From an uncultured Thermoplasmatales archaeon (lineage in GTDB: Archaea > Thermoplasmatota > E2 > DHVEG-1), in contig CAYGAC010000067.1 of NCBI GenBank assembly GCA_964347865.1, forward strand, positions 6,592-70,591: a stretch of DNA of 64,000 nt, in the 5' to 3' direction. The position numbers and the translations under genes were made by a program. Positions within the stretch are counted from its first letter, which is position 1, and every line of letters starts with the position of its first letter. Shown here piece after piece: positions 1 through 10,799 of the stretch. Below the pieces are notes generated by a model that made no database searches, was not told the DNA's origin, and saw only the letters and a program-made list of their open reading frames with translations.

Positions 1-465
1 ATCTGGATCATAACCTCGCTTAAACACAAAATAAATAATAATAATAATAGTAAGAAACATAAGAATTAATCCTGAAATAACTCCCGCTAAAACTACAATT
101 ATTATCAATTCAAATGGATTAGGATAAACATTTAATGCTAATGAACTAACATATGCTAAAATTCCAATGATTATTGACATAATCAAACTTAGCATTATAG
201 AACCTAGGAGATTTTGTTTCAGTTCATCATTCAGTAAATTTTCTGCATCTATAATACCAAGATGATAAGCCGATCCTAAGCGAGAACCTAATGCGGTACT
301 TATATTCCCTCTCATTGCAATAACTGCAGGAATTACCACTATAAGACCTGGTATATCTCTTATTACAGTTACCATTGCTCCGAGAGTATTACCAGCAAGA
401 ATTCCTCCAAGACCACATACGACGAGGAGGGGGAGGCTCTGTTTCAACATTTCCTTGGCAAACAT
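1..465 (-). CDS. partial CDS (3' end outside the window); polytopic membrane protein, possibly an MgtE/SLC41-like divalent cation transporter membrane domain
   Basis: Reverse-strand ORF runs off the window start. The start codon is ATG at complement 463-465. Translation begins MFAKEMLKQSLPLLVVCGLGGILAGNTLGAMVTVIRDIPGLIVVIPAVIAMRGNISTALGSRLG... and is very hydrophobic. The family guess is from memory of MgtE membrane-domain motifs. Confidence 0.4.
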   Translation of the reverse strand, partial: MFAKEMLKQSLPLLVVCGLGGILAGNTLGAMVTVIRDIPGLIVVIPAVIAMRGNISTALGSRLGSAYHLGIIDAENLLNDELKQNLLGSIMLSLIMSIIIGILAYVSSLALNVYPNPFELIIIVVLAGVISGLILMFLTIIIIIYFVFKRGYDPD

Positions 466-502
466 GATTCAAGGCCTCCATAATTTTTTCACACTCCTTT
501 AA

Positions 503-1405
503 TTAGTAACACTTCCTATATCTTTCCCACATTTGGTCGATATGGTCTTCCAATGCCTTTATTCTTTTTAAATCCATTTCAGGTTTAAAAAGATGCCTAA
601 AACGACCCTGATATCGAATCCATTCTACAATTGGTTTCCGTTTAATCTTTTTTTCTAAAATTAATTTACTTTTTCCATTAAAAGTCATCACTTCGTTTTC
701 AAATTCATATAACGCCCATGCCCCTGTTTCTACAGCTAGTCTTCCCATTTCGACGGTTCTTTCCATACTAAAGCGCCAACCCGGAGGACAGGGAGCTAAA
801 ATCTCGATAAATTTCGGACCTTTGATACTTTTGGCTTTTTTTACTTTCTTATACAAATCCTCTGGATAACTTACACAAGCTTGTGCAGCATAGGGTAGGT
901 GGTGAGCTCTAATAATATCGCCAAATTCTTTTCGAAATTCAGTTTTCCCACTAACCGTCGTTGTCGTCCAAGCACCATAAGGAGTAGCACCACTTCTTTG
1001 AATACCTGTATTAGAATAAATTTGATTGTTATAACAAATATAAATAAAATTTGTACCTCGTTCAATAGCACCTGATAAAGCTTGGATTCCTATATCATAA
1101 GTTCCCCCATCTCCAGCCCACGCTAGTACAGTAGTATCTTTTTTTCCTTGTGTTCTTAATGCTGCTTCAACACCAGAAGCGCCTGCTGCAGCCGCTTCAA
1201 AAGCTATATTCATTACAGGGATGTTAAAGGATGTTTTTGGCCATAGACTTTCTATTACGGATGTGCAACAAGCTGGTACACACATAACAACATTCTTTCC
1301 CAATGCCTTAAACACGGTGCGAAACGCCATAGTTGCAGGACAACCAGGACAAGCTGCACTTCCTTGAAGGAGACATTCATCAATAGGAAAATCTTTTAGT
1401 GCCAT
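503..1405 (-). CDS. porB: 2-oxoacid (pyruvate/2-ketoisovalerate):ferredoxin oxidoreductase beta subunit, TPP-binding
   Basis: TPP motif AWAGDGGTYDIG and an N-terminal Cys cluster (CPGCP...C...C) are present. The gene is last in a gamma-delta-alpha-beta operon. POR versus VOR specificity cannot be decided from sequence alone. Confidence 0.8.
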   Translation of the reverse strand: MALKDFPIDECLLQGSAACPGCPATMAFRTVFKALGKNVVMCVPACCTSVIESLWPKTSFNIPVMNIAFEAAAAGASGVEAALRTQGKKDTTVLAWAGDGGTYDIGIQALSGAIERGTNFIYICYNNQIYSNTGIQRSGATPYGAWTTTTVSGKTEFRKEFGDIIRAHHLPYAAQACVSYPEDLYKKVKKAKSIKGPKFIEILAPCPPGWRFSMERTVEMGRLAVETGAWALYEFENEVMTFNGKSKLILEKKIKRKPIVEWIRYQGRFRHLFKPEMDLKRIKALEDHIDQMWERYRKCY

Positions 1406-1408
1406 TTG

Positions 1409-2566
1409 TTAGTCCTCCACAACTCCATATAATTCTGATTCTCCTACTTTTCCATTTATTGCTCTCTTACATATTTTGGTAATATCTTTATATGTAACAT
1501 CTGTTCCTCCAATTCCGGCAATTATACCATGAACCTTGACACCTGATTGTCCATAAAGTGCAGATTTTACTTCTGAAAATAAAGCACCACCCAATCCTGG
1601 AGATATATTTCTGTCTATTACAATTAAATCAGCTTTTTTTCCCAATTGAATAAATTCCTTTGAGGGAGATGGTCGAAAGGTTCGAACTCGAGCAAGTCCA
1701 ATTTTTATTCCGTTTTTCTGCATTTCATCGATGGCAACCTTGCTTTCTGCACCAATAGCGCCCATGGACAATAGTATATATTCTGCATTATCACATTTAT
1801 ATTCTTCGATTAATTCACCATGGTAATAACCAGATTTTTTCTTCCATTCTTTTGCAATTTGTGGAATCAATTTTAATGCTTTATTATGAGCTTCTACCAT
1901 AGCTTTTCTAACGTTATAATATCCAACTGGTCCGATGATATTCCCAAATGTAATAGGATTCTTAACATCTAATTTCCATTGAGGTTGATATTTTCCTAGA
2001 AAATCGTCTACAATTTGTTGCTCAGGAATATCAGTCGGCATCGAAGTATGTGATAATATAAATGCGTTATAGCTTATCATAACAGGTAAGGAAATTCCTG
2101 TATATTCACCTAATTTAAAGGCTTGAATTACTGTATCAAAAATTTCTTGATTACTGCTACAATAAAATTGTATCCACCCTGTATCTCTTTGAGAGATAGA
2201 ATCATTTTCATCAGCCCAAATATTCCATCCAGGGCCAACAACTCTATTAATATTACACATAACAATAGGCAATCGTGCAAGAGCTGCCCAGTGGAGCATC
2301 TCATGCATGAGTAAAAGACCATGAGATGAGGTTCCCGTGAATACTCTTGAACCGGCAGCACTAGCTCCTATACAAGCACTCATAGCTGAATGTTCACTTT
2401 CTACACAAATGTATTCTCCGGTAAACTCTCCCTGTGCTTTTAAACTTGCAATTCCTTCAACTAGTGTGGTTTGAGGTGTAATTGGATAAGCTGCAACAAC
2501 ATCTGGTTTTACCATAACAGCTGCTTTTGCAGCTATATGATTTCCAGTATCAATCATAATTGTCAT
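1409..2566 (-). CDS. porA: 2-oxoacid:ferredoxin oxidoreductase alpha subunit
   Basis: 385 aa. It sits between the delta and beta genes with only a 3-nt gap to beta, and looks like the typical POR alpha domain. Confidence 0.8.
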   Translation of the reverse strand: MTIMIDTGNHIAAKAAVMVKPDVVAAYPITPQTTLVEGIASLKAQGEFTGEYICVESEHSAMSACIGASAAGSRVFTGTSSHGLLLMHEMLHWAALARLPIVMCNINRVVGPGWNIWADENDSISQRDTGWIQFYCSSNQEIFDTVIQAFKLGEYTGISLPVMISYNAFILSHTSMPTDIPEQQIVDDFLGKYQPQWKLDVKNPITFGNIIGPVGYYNVRKAMVEAHNKALKLIPQIAKEWKKKSGYYHGELIEEYKCDNAEYILLSMGAIGAESKVAIDEMQKNGIKIGLARVRTFRPSPSKEFIQLGKKADLIVIDRNISPGLGGALFSEVKSALYGQSGVKVHGIIAGIGGTDVTYKDITKICKRAINGKVGESELYGVVED

Positions 2567-2835
2567 TTTTTCTTTTCCTCCCGTTCCATTGAAATCGCTT
2601 TTACATTACATTCAGTGGCACATATTCCACAGCCTTTACAGTATTCGTAATCTATATTTATTGTTCCATCTTTTTTTCTTTTAATAGAGCTTTCTGGACA
2701 AAAAATCCAACACCTTAGACATTTTACACATTTTTTTTTGTCAAATACTGGTTTAAAAACCCTCCAACTACCAGTCTTTCCCATAGCTCCTTGCGTCGGA
2801 TAAGAAATACTTGTTGTTACTTTATATTTCTTCAA
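2563..2835 (-). CDS. porD: 2-oxoacid:ferredoxin oxidoreductase delta subunit (2x[4Fe-4S] ferredoxin)
   Basis: Two CxxCxxCxxxC(P) motifs are present (CVKCLRCWIFCPE and CKGCGICATECN). The gene overlaps the alpha start by 4 nt. Confidence 0.8.
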   Translation of the reverse strand: MKKYKVTTSISYPTQGAMGKTGSWRVFKPVFDKKKCVKCLRCWIFCPESSIKRKKDGTINIDYEYCKGCGICATECNVKAISMEREEKKK

Positions 2836-3446
2836 AAGTTCACCTCAGTCAATTTATAAGCATCGTTCGTAGCTTGTACATTTCTATCTCCAAGATCTCC
2901 TTTCCATCTATTTTTTATCGCTTTTTGAATGGATTTTAGTGTTACCCTATCTAACACTTTTGGAACGGAACCAAGTATAGGTGTGTTAACAACTGGAATT
3001 CCTCCAACTAAAATGTCATATTTTATTGCTATGCCGGTAGCATCAATTGATGCAACGTCATATTCCTTTGAAAAATCAAATTCATTTGGTTTTTTAGTTG
3101 TATTAATTAAAATTTTTCCATTTTTTTTCAATCCTTTTATAACATCAACAAGTCCCATGATACTTTCGTCAAGAACAATCACTATATCAGGAGAGTAAAT
3201 TTCACTTCGAAGATGTATTTCATCCTCCGATACACGGGCAAATGCTCGTACTGGAGCACCTCGTCTTTCTGCACCAAAAAATGGGAAGGCTTGGACTCCT
3301 TTATTTCCATCTATTAATGAAGCTTCAACAAGTATATTTGCTGCAGTAACGGCACCCTGACCGCCTCTTCCATGAAACACTATTTCTACTAAGGATTTCG
3401 ATGACACAAAATTACCGTCCCGGTTCCCGAAATGAACATTATACAT
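2832..3446 (-). CDS. porG: 2-oxoacid:ferredoxin oxidoreductase gamma subunit
   Basis: The gamma-type GRGGQG motif is present. This is the first gene of the operon and overlaps the delta start. Confidence 0.8.
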   Translation of the reverse strand: MYNVHFGNRDGNFVSSKSLVEIVFHGRGGQGAVTAANILVEASLIDGNKGVQAFPFFGAERRGAPVRAFARVSEDEIHLRSEIYSPDIVIVLDESIMGLVDVIKGLKKNGKILINTTKKPNEFDFSKEYDVASIDATGIAIKYDILVGGIPVVNTPILGSVPKVLDRVTLKSIQKAIKNRWKGDLGDRNVQATNDAYKLTEVNF

Positions 3447-3589
3447 ATAACTGTTTTGAATGAATTTTAAGACATTTAAATTTCGATTTTTAAAAATAAA
3501 AAATTTAGGACATAATTAGTAAATATTAGGAAATAAACTTTTTTGGTACATCTTATTTTTCATAATAAAATTATGAGTTTATAGTAATA

Positions 3590-3877
3590 CTATCTTATAG
3601 AGTTTAATTTAGATTCTATTGTATTATTTTTATCTCTTCTATCATCTATCTTTAATTCTGTTATTATTCTCTCAGCTCCAAAATTTAACACTGCATTATG
3701 TGCTTTTTTTACTACATTGAATAACGTTTCCAAATCTTCTGTTTCGATAACTGTTGCCATTGCATTCGTTTTATATTTTACATTTCCTTTTTTAAATACT
3801 TCAATTGCTACTTTGACATATTTACTTAAGCTAGTACCTTTTCCCACTGGGGCAATACTAAGTTGTGCAATAATCAT
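3590..3877 (-). CDS. MTH1187/YkoF-family small ligand-binding protein
   Basis: 95 aa. The opening MIIAQLSIAPVGKG... is typical of the DUF77/MTH1187 fold. Recognised from memory. Confidence 0.55.
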   Translation of the reverse strand: MIIAQLSIAPVGKGTSLSKYVKVAIEVFKKGNVKYKTNAMATVIETEDLETLFNVVKKAHNAVLNFGAERIITELKIDDRRDKNNTIESKLNSIR

Positions 3878-3980
3878 ACCATAACCACATACCTTAACCT
3901 GTTATTATTGATTAAATTTTTGACTTAAGAAATTAACAAAAATATTACATAAAAAATGTCAAACAAGTAATTAAAATCTA

Positions 3981-5138
3981 TTAGAATAACTCTTTTATTC
4001 TATTTATTGCCATATCGATGTTTGTAAGAGTTGTTGCATAGGAAAATCTAAGAAAACCTTCACCATATGGACCAAATGCAGTGCCTGGGAGAGCTGCTAC
4101 CCCCGCTTTGTAAAGAAGATGGTTGGCACATTCCTCAGAACTCATACCAGTTCCTTTTATATTGGGAAATGAATAAAATGCCCCCTTTGGTGTAAGGCAT
4201 CGAAAGCCTGATATGGAGTTAAGTCCCTTTACTATTTTATCTCTCTTCTCCTTAAATCTTCTCATCATATCGGATATAAATTTTTGATTACCTGTGAGTG
4301 CTTCAATACCTGCCCATTGTGTAAATGATGCAGTACACGATACTGCGCTAACAAGGAAATCTTTCAGTCTTTCAGCCATATTAACAGGTACCACCATATA
4401 ACCCAATCGCCAACCTGTCATTGCATAGTATTTTGAGAAACCATCTAAAAGAATCGTTCGTTCTTTTGCTTCATCTCTTGATGTTGGGGTATAGTGGTCT
4501 GTTTCGTATGTCATCTTTGAATATATCTCATCTGATACAATGAAGATTTCGCGTTCTTCTGCTAACTCAGCAATAGCTTCTAACTCAGATTTTGTCATCA
4601 CTGAACCTGTTGGATTTTGAGGGGAATTGACAATTATTAGCTTTGTTTTTTTTGTTATTTTATCCATTATATCCTCGGGATCCATACGGAATTCGTTCTC
4701 TTCCAAAAGAGGGACCATAATACCTTTTGCTCCAAGGAAGGATGTGACTGATCCATACGTGGGATAACCAGGATCTTGGTATATAACCTCATCACCTGGA
4801 TTAATGATAGCTAACATTGAAAAAAATATTCCAGGTTTCAAACCTGGTGTAATAACTATTTGTTCTAGGCTTGGTCTATATCCCCTCGTTTTTTCGACCT
4901 CATCCTGAACAGCTTTTCTAAGTTCTATAATACCTATCGACGGTTCATAATGCGTTTTATTATTCCTGATTGCTCGTATTCCAGCTCGTATAACATTTTT
5001 TGGAGTTTCCATATCTGGTTCTCCAATCTCAAAATGCAATATGCTTTTACCTTGTCTTTCTAATTCCTGGACCTTTGCAAGAACCTCAAATGCTGCTTCC
5101 CCATAAATCCGATTTGAACCTTCACTTAATTGAACCAT
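3981..5138 (-). CDS. class I/II PLP-dependent aminotransferase (aspartate aminotransferase-like)
   Basis: PLP-lysine region GFSKYYAMTGWRLGY. Also has the NPTG motif and is 385 aa. Confidence 0.8.
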   Translation of the reverse strand: MVQLSEGSNRIYGEAAFEVLAKVQELERQGKSILHFEIGEPDMETPKNVIRAGIRAIRNNKTHYEPSIGIIELRKAVQDEVEKTRGYRPSLEQIVITPGLKPGIFFSMLAIINPGDEVIYQDPGYPTYGSVTSFLGAKGIMVPLLEENEFRMDPEDIMDKITKKTKLIIVNSPQNPTGSVMTKSELEAIAELAEEREIFIVSDEIYSKMTYETDHYTPTSRDEAKERTILLDGFSKYYAMTGWRLGYMVVPVNMAERLKDFLVSAVSCTASFTQWAGIEALTGNQKFISDMMRRFKEKRDKIVKGLNSISGFRCLTPKGAFYSFPNIKGTGMSSEECANHLLYKAGVAALPGTAFGPYGEGFLRFSYATTLTNIDMAINRIKELF

Positions 5139-5180
5139 TTTCTAGTCCTCTATTTTCGATATTATTTTCCTATTTACTAA

Positions 5181-7001
5181 TTAAACATAATTGATTAATC
5201 CAAGTTCTTTTATTTTTTCTGTTATGGGAATGCCATTCTGATTCCATCCACGGAGAGAGTAATATTCTTGTAAACTTTTTTTGAATTCGTTAATTGATAA
5301 ACTTACACCTTTTGTAGATCCTTTAGTAAAGGATTCCTCAAAGAATCTAATTGGGAGCTTGTCTTCACCTGGATCTAATCCCTCACGAAGATTGTATAAA
5401 CGTATTAGATTCCATATCCGTTCCCCTGCAAATAAATAACTTTCTACTGTATGATCAAACCCTGTTGCTAAATTTAACATACTAACACAGTCTTTTTCTG
5501 AAATTGGTGCAAAATCACAAAACACAAGTGAAAAAAATGCAGCTCGTTCGTCTTGAATCTCCTTTACCAGTTTTGCTTTTTCTTTAAAGGAAAATCTTTC
5601 AAGGTTAGGATCCATAACCTCAGCTTTAGCAGTCCATGCTCTTTGATGACATCCACCTCTATCTGACGTTGCATATGCAAGACCCATACCAAAAGCACCT
5701 CTAGGATCATAGCCAGGAATTTCAAGTCCTTTAGCATGTACAGCATATCTTTCGGACTCTTTTCCTAAAATCTTTGAAGCAAGTTGAACTCCTTCAGCTA
5801 AAATTTTTCCAGCATTATTTTTTTTGTGGGCAATATCATCAATAAGTTTTGCCAATTCTTCAGTTTTTCCCCAACCAATTTCCAGATTATCAAGATCACA
5901 TTTTGAAATAACACCTTTTTCAAATACTTCAATAGCAAAACCAAGAACGCCACCTAAAGAAATTGTGTCCATTCCAAGTTCATTACATCTTTCATTTAGA
6001 TATGCTACATCCTCAATTTTATCTATACATAAATTGGAACCCATTAACGCTATAGTTTCATATTCAGGTCCAACCAATGAAACTCCCTTATGAGGTCCTG
6101 AGTTTATGGTAGATTTATTCCAACATGCAATAACACAATTCCAACATGCTCCAGATCCGTCTACCACTTTGGTTTGCATAGTATCGGCACAAAGTGCATC
6201 TCCATGTTCGAAATATCCTTCTTGGTAATTCTTGGTTGGAATGAAGCCCCAATCGTTTATGGGTTTGACCCAATAGGGAGTTCCATATTTCCTTCTTATT
6301 GGAATAAAATCGTTTTCTTGAATTTTTTTCAAAACATCTTTTGTTTTAATCTTAAAATTTTCTAGATCGTGAATTGGTACTTTACCATTCCCACTAATTG
6401 CAATAGCTTTTAGGTTTTTTGAACCCATAACAGCTCCTGATCCTCCCCTTCCCGCATGTCTATGTCCATCTATAGTAATAGCTGAGAATTTCACCAATTT
6501 TTCTCCAGCCGGTCCAATAATTGCTGTTCTGACTTTGCCTTCAATTTGGTTTATTGAGTTATGAGTTTTGAGACATTCCTTTCCCCAAATTTTAGAAGCA
6601 TCCTTGAATTCAACATTTCTGTCTTTAATTAAAAGATAAATAGGTTTCTCAGACCGATCTTTGAGAATTATAAAATCCCAACCTGCTTTTTTCATTTCAG
6701 CGGCAAAGGTTCCTCCAAAATGAGAATCTAAAAAAATACCTGTTTGTGGGGATTTAGTCACGATAGTCCCTCGACCTGATGTTTGGGCTAATGTGCCTGT
6801 GAGTGGGCCCGTTGCCAATATTAAAACGTTTTTTGGAGATAATGGATCTACATTCTTTGGTAATTGGTCAAAGAGGATTTTTGCACCAAGGCCTTTCGCA
6901 CCGATAAAATTTTTTGCATCTTCAATATTTGTCTTTTCTACTTTTATAGTATGAGTATTTAGATTTATTATAAGTGTTTTTTCTGTATATCCACCGCTCA
7001 T
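5181..7001 (-). CDS. aor: tungsten-containing aldehyde:ferredoxin oxidoreductase (AOR family)
   Basis: 606 aa. The N-terminal AOR_N-like domain and the large C-terminal domain with conserved Cys residues resemble the Pyrococcus AOR family. Confidence 0.75.
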   Translation of the reverse strand: MSGGYTEKTLIINLNTHTIKVEKTNIEDAKNFIGAKGLGAKILFDQLPKNVDPLSPKNVLILATGPLTGTLAQTSGRGTIVTKSPQTGIFLDSHFGGTFAAEMKKAGWDFIILKDRSEKPIYLLIKDRNVEFKDASKIWGKECLKTHNSINQIEGKVRTAIIGPAGEKLVKFSAITIDGHRHAGRGGSGAVMGSKNLKAIAISGNGKVPIHDLENFKIKTKDVLKKIQENDFIPIRRKYGTPYWVKPINDWGFIPTKNYQEGYFEHGDALCADTMQTKVVDGSGACWNCVIACWNKSTINSGPHKGVSLVGPEYETIALMGSNLCIDKIEDVAYLNERCNELGMDTISLGGVLGFAIEVFEKGVISKCDLDNLEIGWGKTEELAKLIDDIAHKKNNAGKILAEGVQLASKILGKESERYAVHAKGLEIPGYDPRGAFGMGLAYATSDRGGCHQRAWTAKAEVMDPNLERFSFKEKAKLVKEIQDERAAFFSLVFCDFAPISEKDCVSMLNLATGFDHTVESYLFAGERIWNLIRLYNLREGLDPGEDKLPIRFFEESFTKGSTKGVSLSINEFKKSLQEYYSLRGWNQNGIPITEKIKELGLINYV

Positions 7002-7052
7002 TAGATCACCCTTTCCATATTATAGAGGACAATATCAATTTTTGAATTAAAT

Positions 7053-8012
7053 CTAGTTACGAGATTCTCGATTTATCTCCAAGAGATTTATAAGTAAAGA
7101 AAAACCTGTTTCACGTCGACCAGCTCCAGGTCCAACAATTGTTACTGGGCCAAGTTCATCTGTATAAAAGGTCAATGCATTAACAGCTTCACATACTCCA
7201 GCTAAAGGATCACTAAGGGCCAGTTTTTCTGGCCATACTTTTGCTTGTACTGATCCATCCTTCTGTATCTCTGCACTTCCAATAAGCTTCCATCGTTTAC
7301 CCTCTGATTTTGCCTTATCAATATCCTCTTTAGTTATATTAGAAATACCCTTTCGTTCTACATTTTCCCAACCAATATTTTTCTCTAAAATAATATTGGA
7401 TAAAATTACAACCTTTCCAACAGCATCCCAACCTTCTATATCTCCTGTTGGATCTGCCTCTGCATAGCCCAGTTCTTGCGCCTTTTTCAATGCTTCAGAA
7501 TAGGACATACCTTCTTCCATTCTAGTCAGAATATAGTTGGTAGTTCCGTTCAATATTCCTTTGAAACCATTAATTTTATTACCTGCCAAGGTGTATTTAA
7601 CAAGATTCAATACAGGAGTACCTGCTAATACAACACCTTCAAAACCATAGTATATGTTGTTAGATAAGGCAATATCTAAGAGTTCTTTTGCTTGTTTTAT
7701 TGCAGGTCCCTTATTTGTAGATACTACATTTTTCCCCGCATTCAATGCTGTTTTTATGTGTGAAAGTGCTGGCTCTCCTGTTTTTACATCGGTATAGGTC
7801 ACTTCCACTATAGTATTAGCATTAGTATCTTTAATAGTACAAAGACTATCCATACCCTTCACACTTGTTGGATACTCGTCTAGTTTTTTACCATTTTTAA
7901 CCAAGTCGAGAATCTTAGCTAAATCAAGTCCATCTTTGTTATATACAGATCCTTTCATTATATCTGAGATTGCAACTACTTTATAGTGAAAATTATACTT
8001 ATCAGCAAGCAT
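7053..8012 (-). CDS. hom: homoserine dehydrogenase
   Basis: 319 aa. An NAD-binding N-terminus is followed by a central homoserine dehydrogenase catalytic region (…GFEGVVLAGTPV…). Confidence 0.7.
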   Translation of the reverse strand: MLADKYNFHYKVVAISDIMKGSVYNKDGLDLAKILDLVKNGKKLDEYPTSVKGMDSLCTIKDTNANTIVEVTYTDVKTGEPALSHIKTALNAGKNVVSTNKGPAIKQAKELLDIALSNNIYYGFEGVVLAGTPVLNLVKYTLAGNKINGFKGILNGTTNYILTRMEEGMSYSEALKKAQELGYAEADPTGDIEGWDAVGKVVILSNIILEKNIGWENVERKGISNITKEDIDKAKSEGKRWKLIGSAEIQKDGSVQAKVWPEKLALSDPLAGVCEAVNALTFYTDELGPVTIVGPGAGRRETGFSLLINLLEINRESRN

Positions 8013-8092
8013 ATTCTTTTTTTCTAATAAGATTTCACATAAACCTTGTCCTACTGTTCCAAAACCTATAAATGCAATTTTGAAGTTGATAC

Positions 8093-9367
8093 TTAATTCC
8101 CCCTATGATGTAATTTCGGGGCGGCAATGAAACTCAAACCTCTTTCGGTTAAAGCTTGTGCAGTATTATTTATTGCATCGTGCTTATCCAGATAATTCTG
8201 TAATAACAAGGGCATTAATCCTTTCTCTTCGATTTCAGCTTTTGGAAGAAAATAATCTAGAATATCACTTGGATGATCTCTTCTTTGATCTACACTCACT
8301 TCAGCTCCTTCATGCTTAGCACTAATATTTTTCACCTTATTTGCTAAATCAATGAGTTCTTTTCTACGATCGTAAGGTTGAATCACAATACTTTTCCATG
8401 TTTCAAGAATGTGATGCTCAAAACGAACGAACTTTTCTAGTCCTAAAGATTTTCTTATGTTACTACTCATTTCTATTGTAACGTTGTTTACAGAATTTGA
8501 AAAATTAAATCCAATCAGTGATGTAGATCCGTCTTCTCTTGAAAATAAACGTGCTGCTAAAAGTGTCCAAAATACTGCGTAAGGATTATCGTTACCCATA
8601 TAAACAGAGATTTTGAATTCAATATCAATTCCAAGCTTATGTAAAAGATAACCAAGGAGTATAGTTCCAGGATTAATATTTAGAACTTGTTTAACACCGT
8701 AGTTGGTATAATAATAGAGAAACTCATCCACCCATTTAACTGGATAATCGTTTGGTTGACCAACACCACCAAAATAACCTGTAATTGTTTCTGGTCCACC
8801 AAGATGAATATTAGATCCATCAGTTCCCTTTGTGTCTAATGTTTCACACCAACTCGCCCCTATAATTTGCATGGCTGCTGCTATTGCTAATAAATCATTG
8901 TCTTCCTCCTGTTCCTTCATACATCTTACTCTAATGAAACGTCCAGGCATCAACTTTTTATTTTGGACAGATTTTTGTGCTTGTTCCATAAAGAAAGAAA
9001 AATATTGACATGCGCTTATCTCCAATGTAACCGCAAAATCTTCATCGAAATCCATTTCTTCTGCTTTGGCTCCTAATATCTTTTTTCGGTATTCATCAAC
9101 TGAAATAAAAGCTCCTTTTTCCTTCTGCTCTATCAGCCATTCTAAATCGTTAAAAAAGGGAGATTTTTTATTCTTGAGTTTTGCCATTAAGTTTTGTAAA
9201 TCACCTGCTTCTCTTGCTTTCCGATTTATCTCACTGGTTCCTCCATATTTCTCAACCGTAGTTAAAAGATCATTTACCAATTTATTTTCTGGATTTATTA
9301 AAAAAGAGTTTATTTCTTTAAGCCTTTTATTATCTATAATCAGTTTATTTCGCAAATCTATAGACAT
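8093..9367 (-). CDS. conserved hypothetical protein (424 aa), family not recognised
   Basis: Long ORF with good coding appearance. It lies between hom and an aminotransferase. I recognise no motif with confidence. Confidence 0.5.
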   Translation of the reverse strand: MSIDLRNKLIIDNKRLKEINSFLINPENKLVNDLLTTVEKYGGTSEINRKAREAGDLQNLMAKLKNKKSPFFNDLEWLIEQKEKGAFISVDEYRKKILGAKAEEMDFDEDFAVTLEISACQYFSFFMEQAQKSVQNKKLMPGRFIRVRCMKEQEEDNDLLAIAAAMQIIGASWCETLDTKGTDGSNIHLGGPETITGYFGGVGQPNDYPVKWVDEFLYYYTNYGVKQVLNINPGTILLGYLLHKLGIDIEFKISVYMGNDNPYAVFWTLLAARLFSREDGSTSLIGFNFSNSVNNVTIEMSSNIRKSLGLEKFVRFEHHILETWKSIVIQPYDRRKELIDLANKVKNISAKHEGAEVSVDQRRDHPSDILDYFLPKAEIEEKGLMPLLLQNYLDKHDAINNTAQALTERGLSFIAAPKLHHRGN

Positions 9368-9492
9368 GTGCTATTTCCCCCATGTGATGCAATTTTTAAG
9401 TTAACAAAACAAATAAAACAACGCTATAAATAATATTTGTTTTAATAGAAACAATATTTTTTATTTACGAAGTAAAAGTATAGTGTATTATA

Positions 9493-10704
9493 TTAATTTA
9501 AAAATTTATTTTTCATAAATTCTTCTAATTTATCAAATGCTTTCTCCAATATTTCCATTGGTGGAAGAATTACTGCTCTAAAATGTCCTTTACCGTATTT
9601 AGAGCAAAAACCAGAACCATGAACTACTAGAACATGCGTCTCATGTAATAAATCTAAAACAAAATCTTTGTCATCTTTCCAAAATCCTTTATCTATACCT
9701 TCAATTTTTGGGAATATGTAAAAGGCACCATCTGGTTTAGCAGTAGAGATGCCTTCTATTTCATTAAGTCTTTTATATGAGAAATCACGCCTTTCTTTTA
9801 ACTTTTTATTCATCTTTTCAATATGATCTTGTGGTCCTTTTAATGCTTGGATGCAAGCAAGTTGACAAACGGAATTTGCGCATAACCGTGAACGAGCAAT
9901 ACGCATAAAAGCATCCTGTACTGCATCAAGTTTTTCTTCATGATGAAACAATATATATCCAACACGCCATCCTGGTACAAGATAAACCTTAGAAAAACCA
10001 TTGAATGTAATAATTGGTACGTCTTTTGCTAGGGATGCAGTTGCATATTGTTTGCTATCAAATGTGATATCATCATATATTTCATCAGAAATAACTGGAA
10101 TTTGAAATTCACCTGCGATATCAAGAATTTCTTTTAGAATCTTTTTTGAATATAAAGCTCCTGTTGGATTATTTGGATTAATAACAACAATTCCTTTGGT
10201 ACGTTTTGATATTTTTTTACGAATATCATTTATGTCCGGTTGCCACCCTTCTTCTTCAATACACTGGTATGTTATTGGCTCTGCATCATTAAAACGAGTA
10301 ATTAAGGTATATTGTGGATATGTTGGCCCAGGTATTAAAAGTTCATCACCAGCATTGAGCGATGCATTAAGCAGAATTTGAAGAGATTCAGTTACACCTG
10401 TGGTGATACAAATATCATCAGATTCATATTCGATATTATTTCTTTTTTGTTCACGAATAGCTATAGCATTTCTCAATTCCATATATCCTTCGGAAGGAGA
10501 ATAACCATTATTACCATCAATCGCAGCTTTGTAAAGGGAATCTTTCATATGTTGTGGGGTGTCAAAGTCATATTTATTTGGATCTCCAATATTAAGATGT
10601 AAAACTTCAATACCCTTTTTTTCTAACTCCTTTGCAGGTAATACTACTTCTCTGATGGCATAAGAAACTCCTTGTGAACGATTCGAAGCTTTTATCATAA
10701 ACAA
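9493..10704 (-). CDS. class I/II PLP-dependent aminotransferase (alanine/aspartate aminotransferase-like)
   Basis: PLP-lysine region FNGFSKVYLVPGWRVGY. Also has the NPNNPTG motif. Confidence 0.8.
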   Translation of the reverse strand: MFMIKASNRSQGVSYAIREVVLPAKELEKKGIEVLHLNIGDPNKYDFDTPQHMKDSLYKAAIDGNNGYSPSEGYMELRNAIAIREQKRNNIEYESDDICITTGVTESLQILLNASLNAGDELLIPGPTYPQYTLITRFNDAEPITYQCIEEEGWQPDINDIRKKISKRTKGIVVINPNNPTGALYSKKILKEILDIAGEFQIPVISDEIYDDITFDSKQYATASLAKDVPIITFNGFSKVYLVPGWRVGYILFHHEEKLDAVQDAFMRIARSRLCANSVCQLACIQALKGPQDHIEKMNKKLKERRDFSYKRLNEIEGISTAKPDGAFYIFPKIEGIDKGFWKDDKDFVLDLLHETHVLVVHGSGFCSKYGKGHFRAVILPPMEILEKAFDKLEEFMKNKFLN

Positions 10705-10799
10705 TCAGAAATCGGACATAAGAAGGCAACATAAATAGTTGATGGTTAATTAAAATTAATAGTAAAAAGGGGAATATTCATTATTCCTCAATGTTTGTA

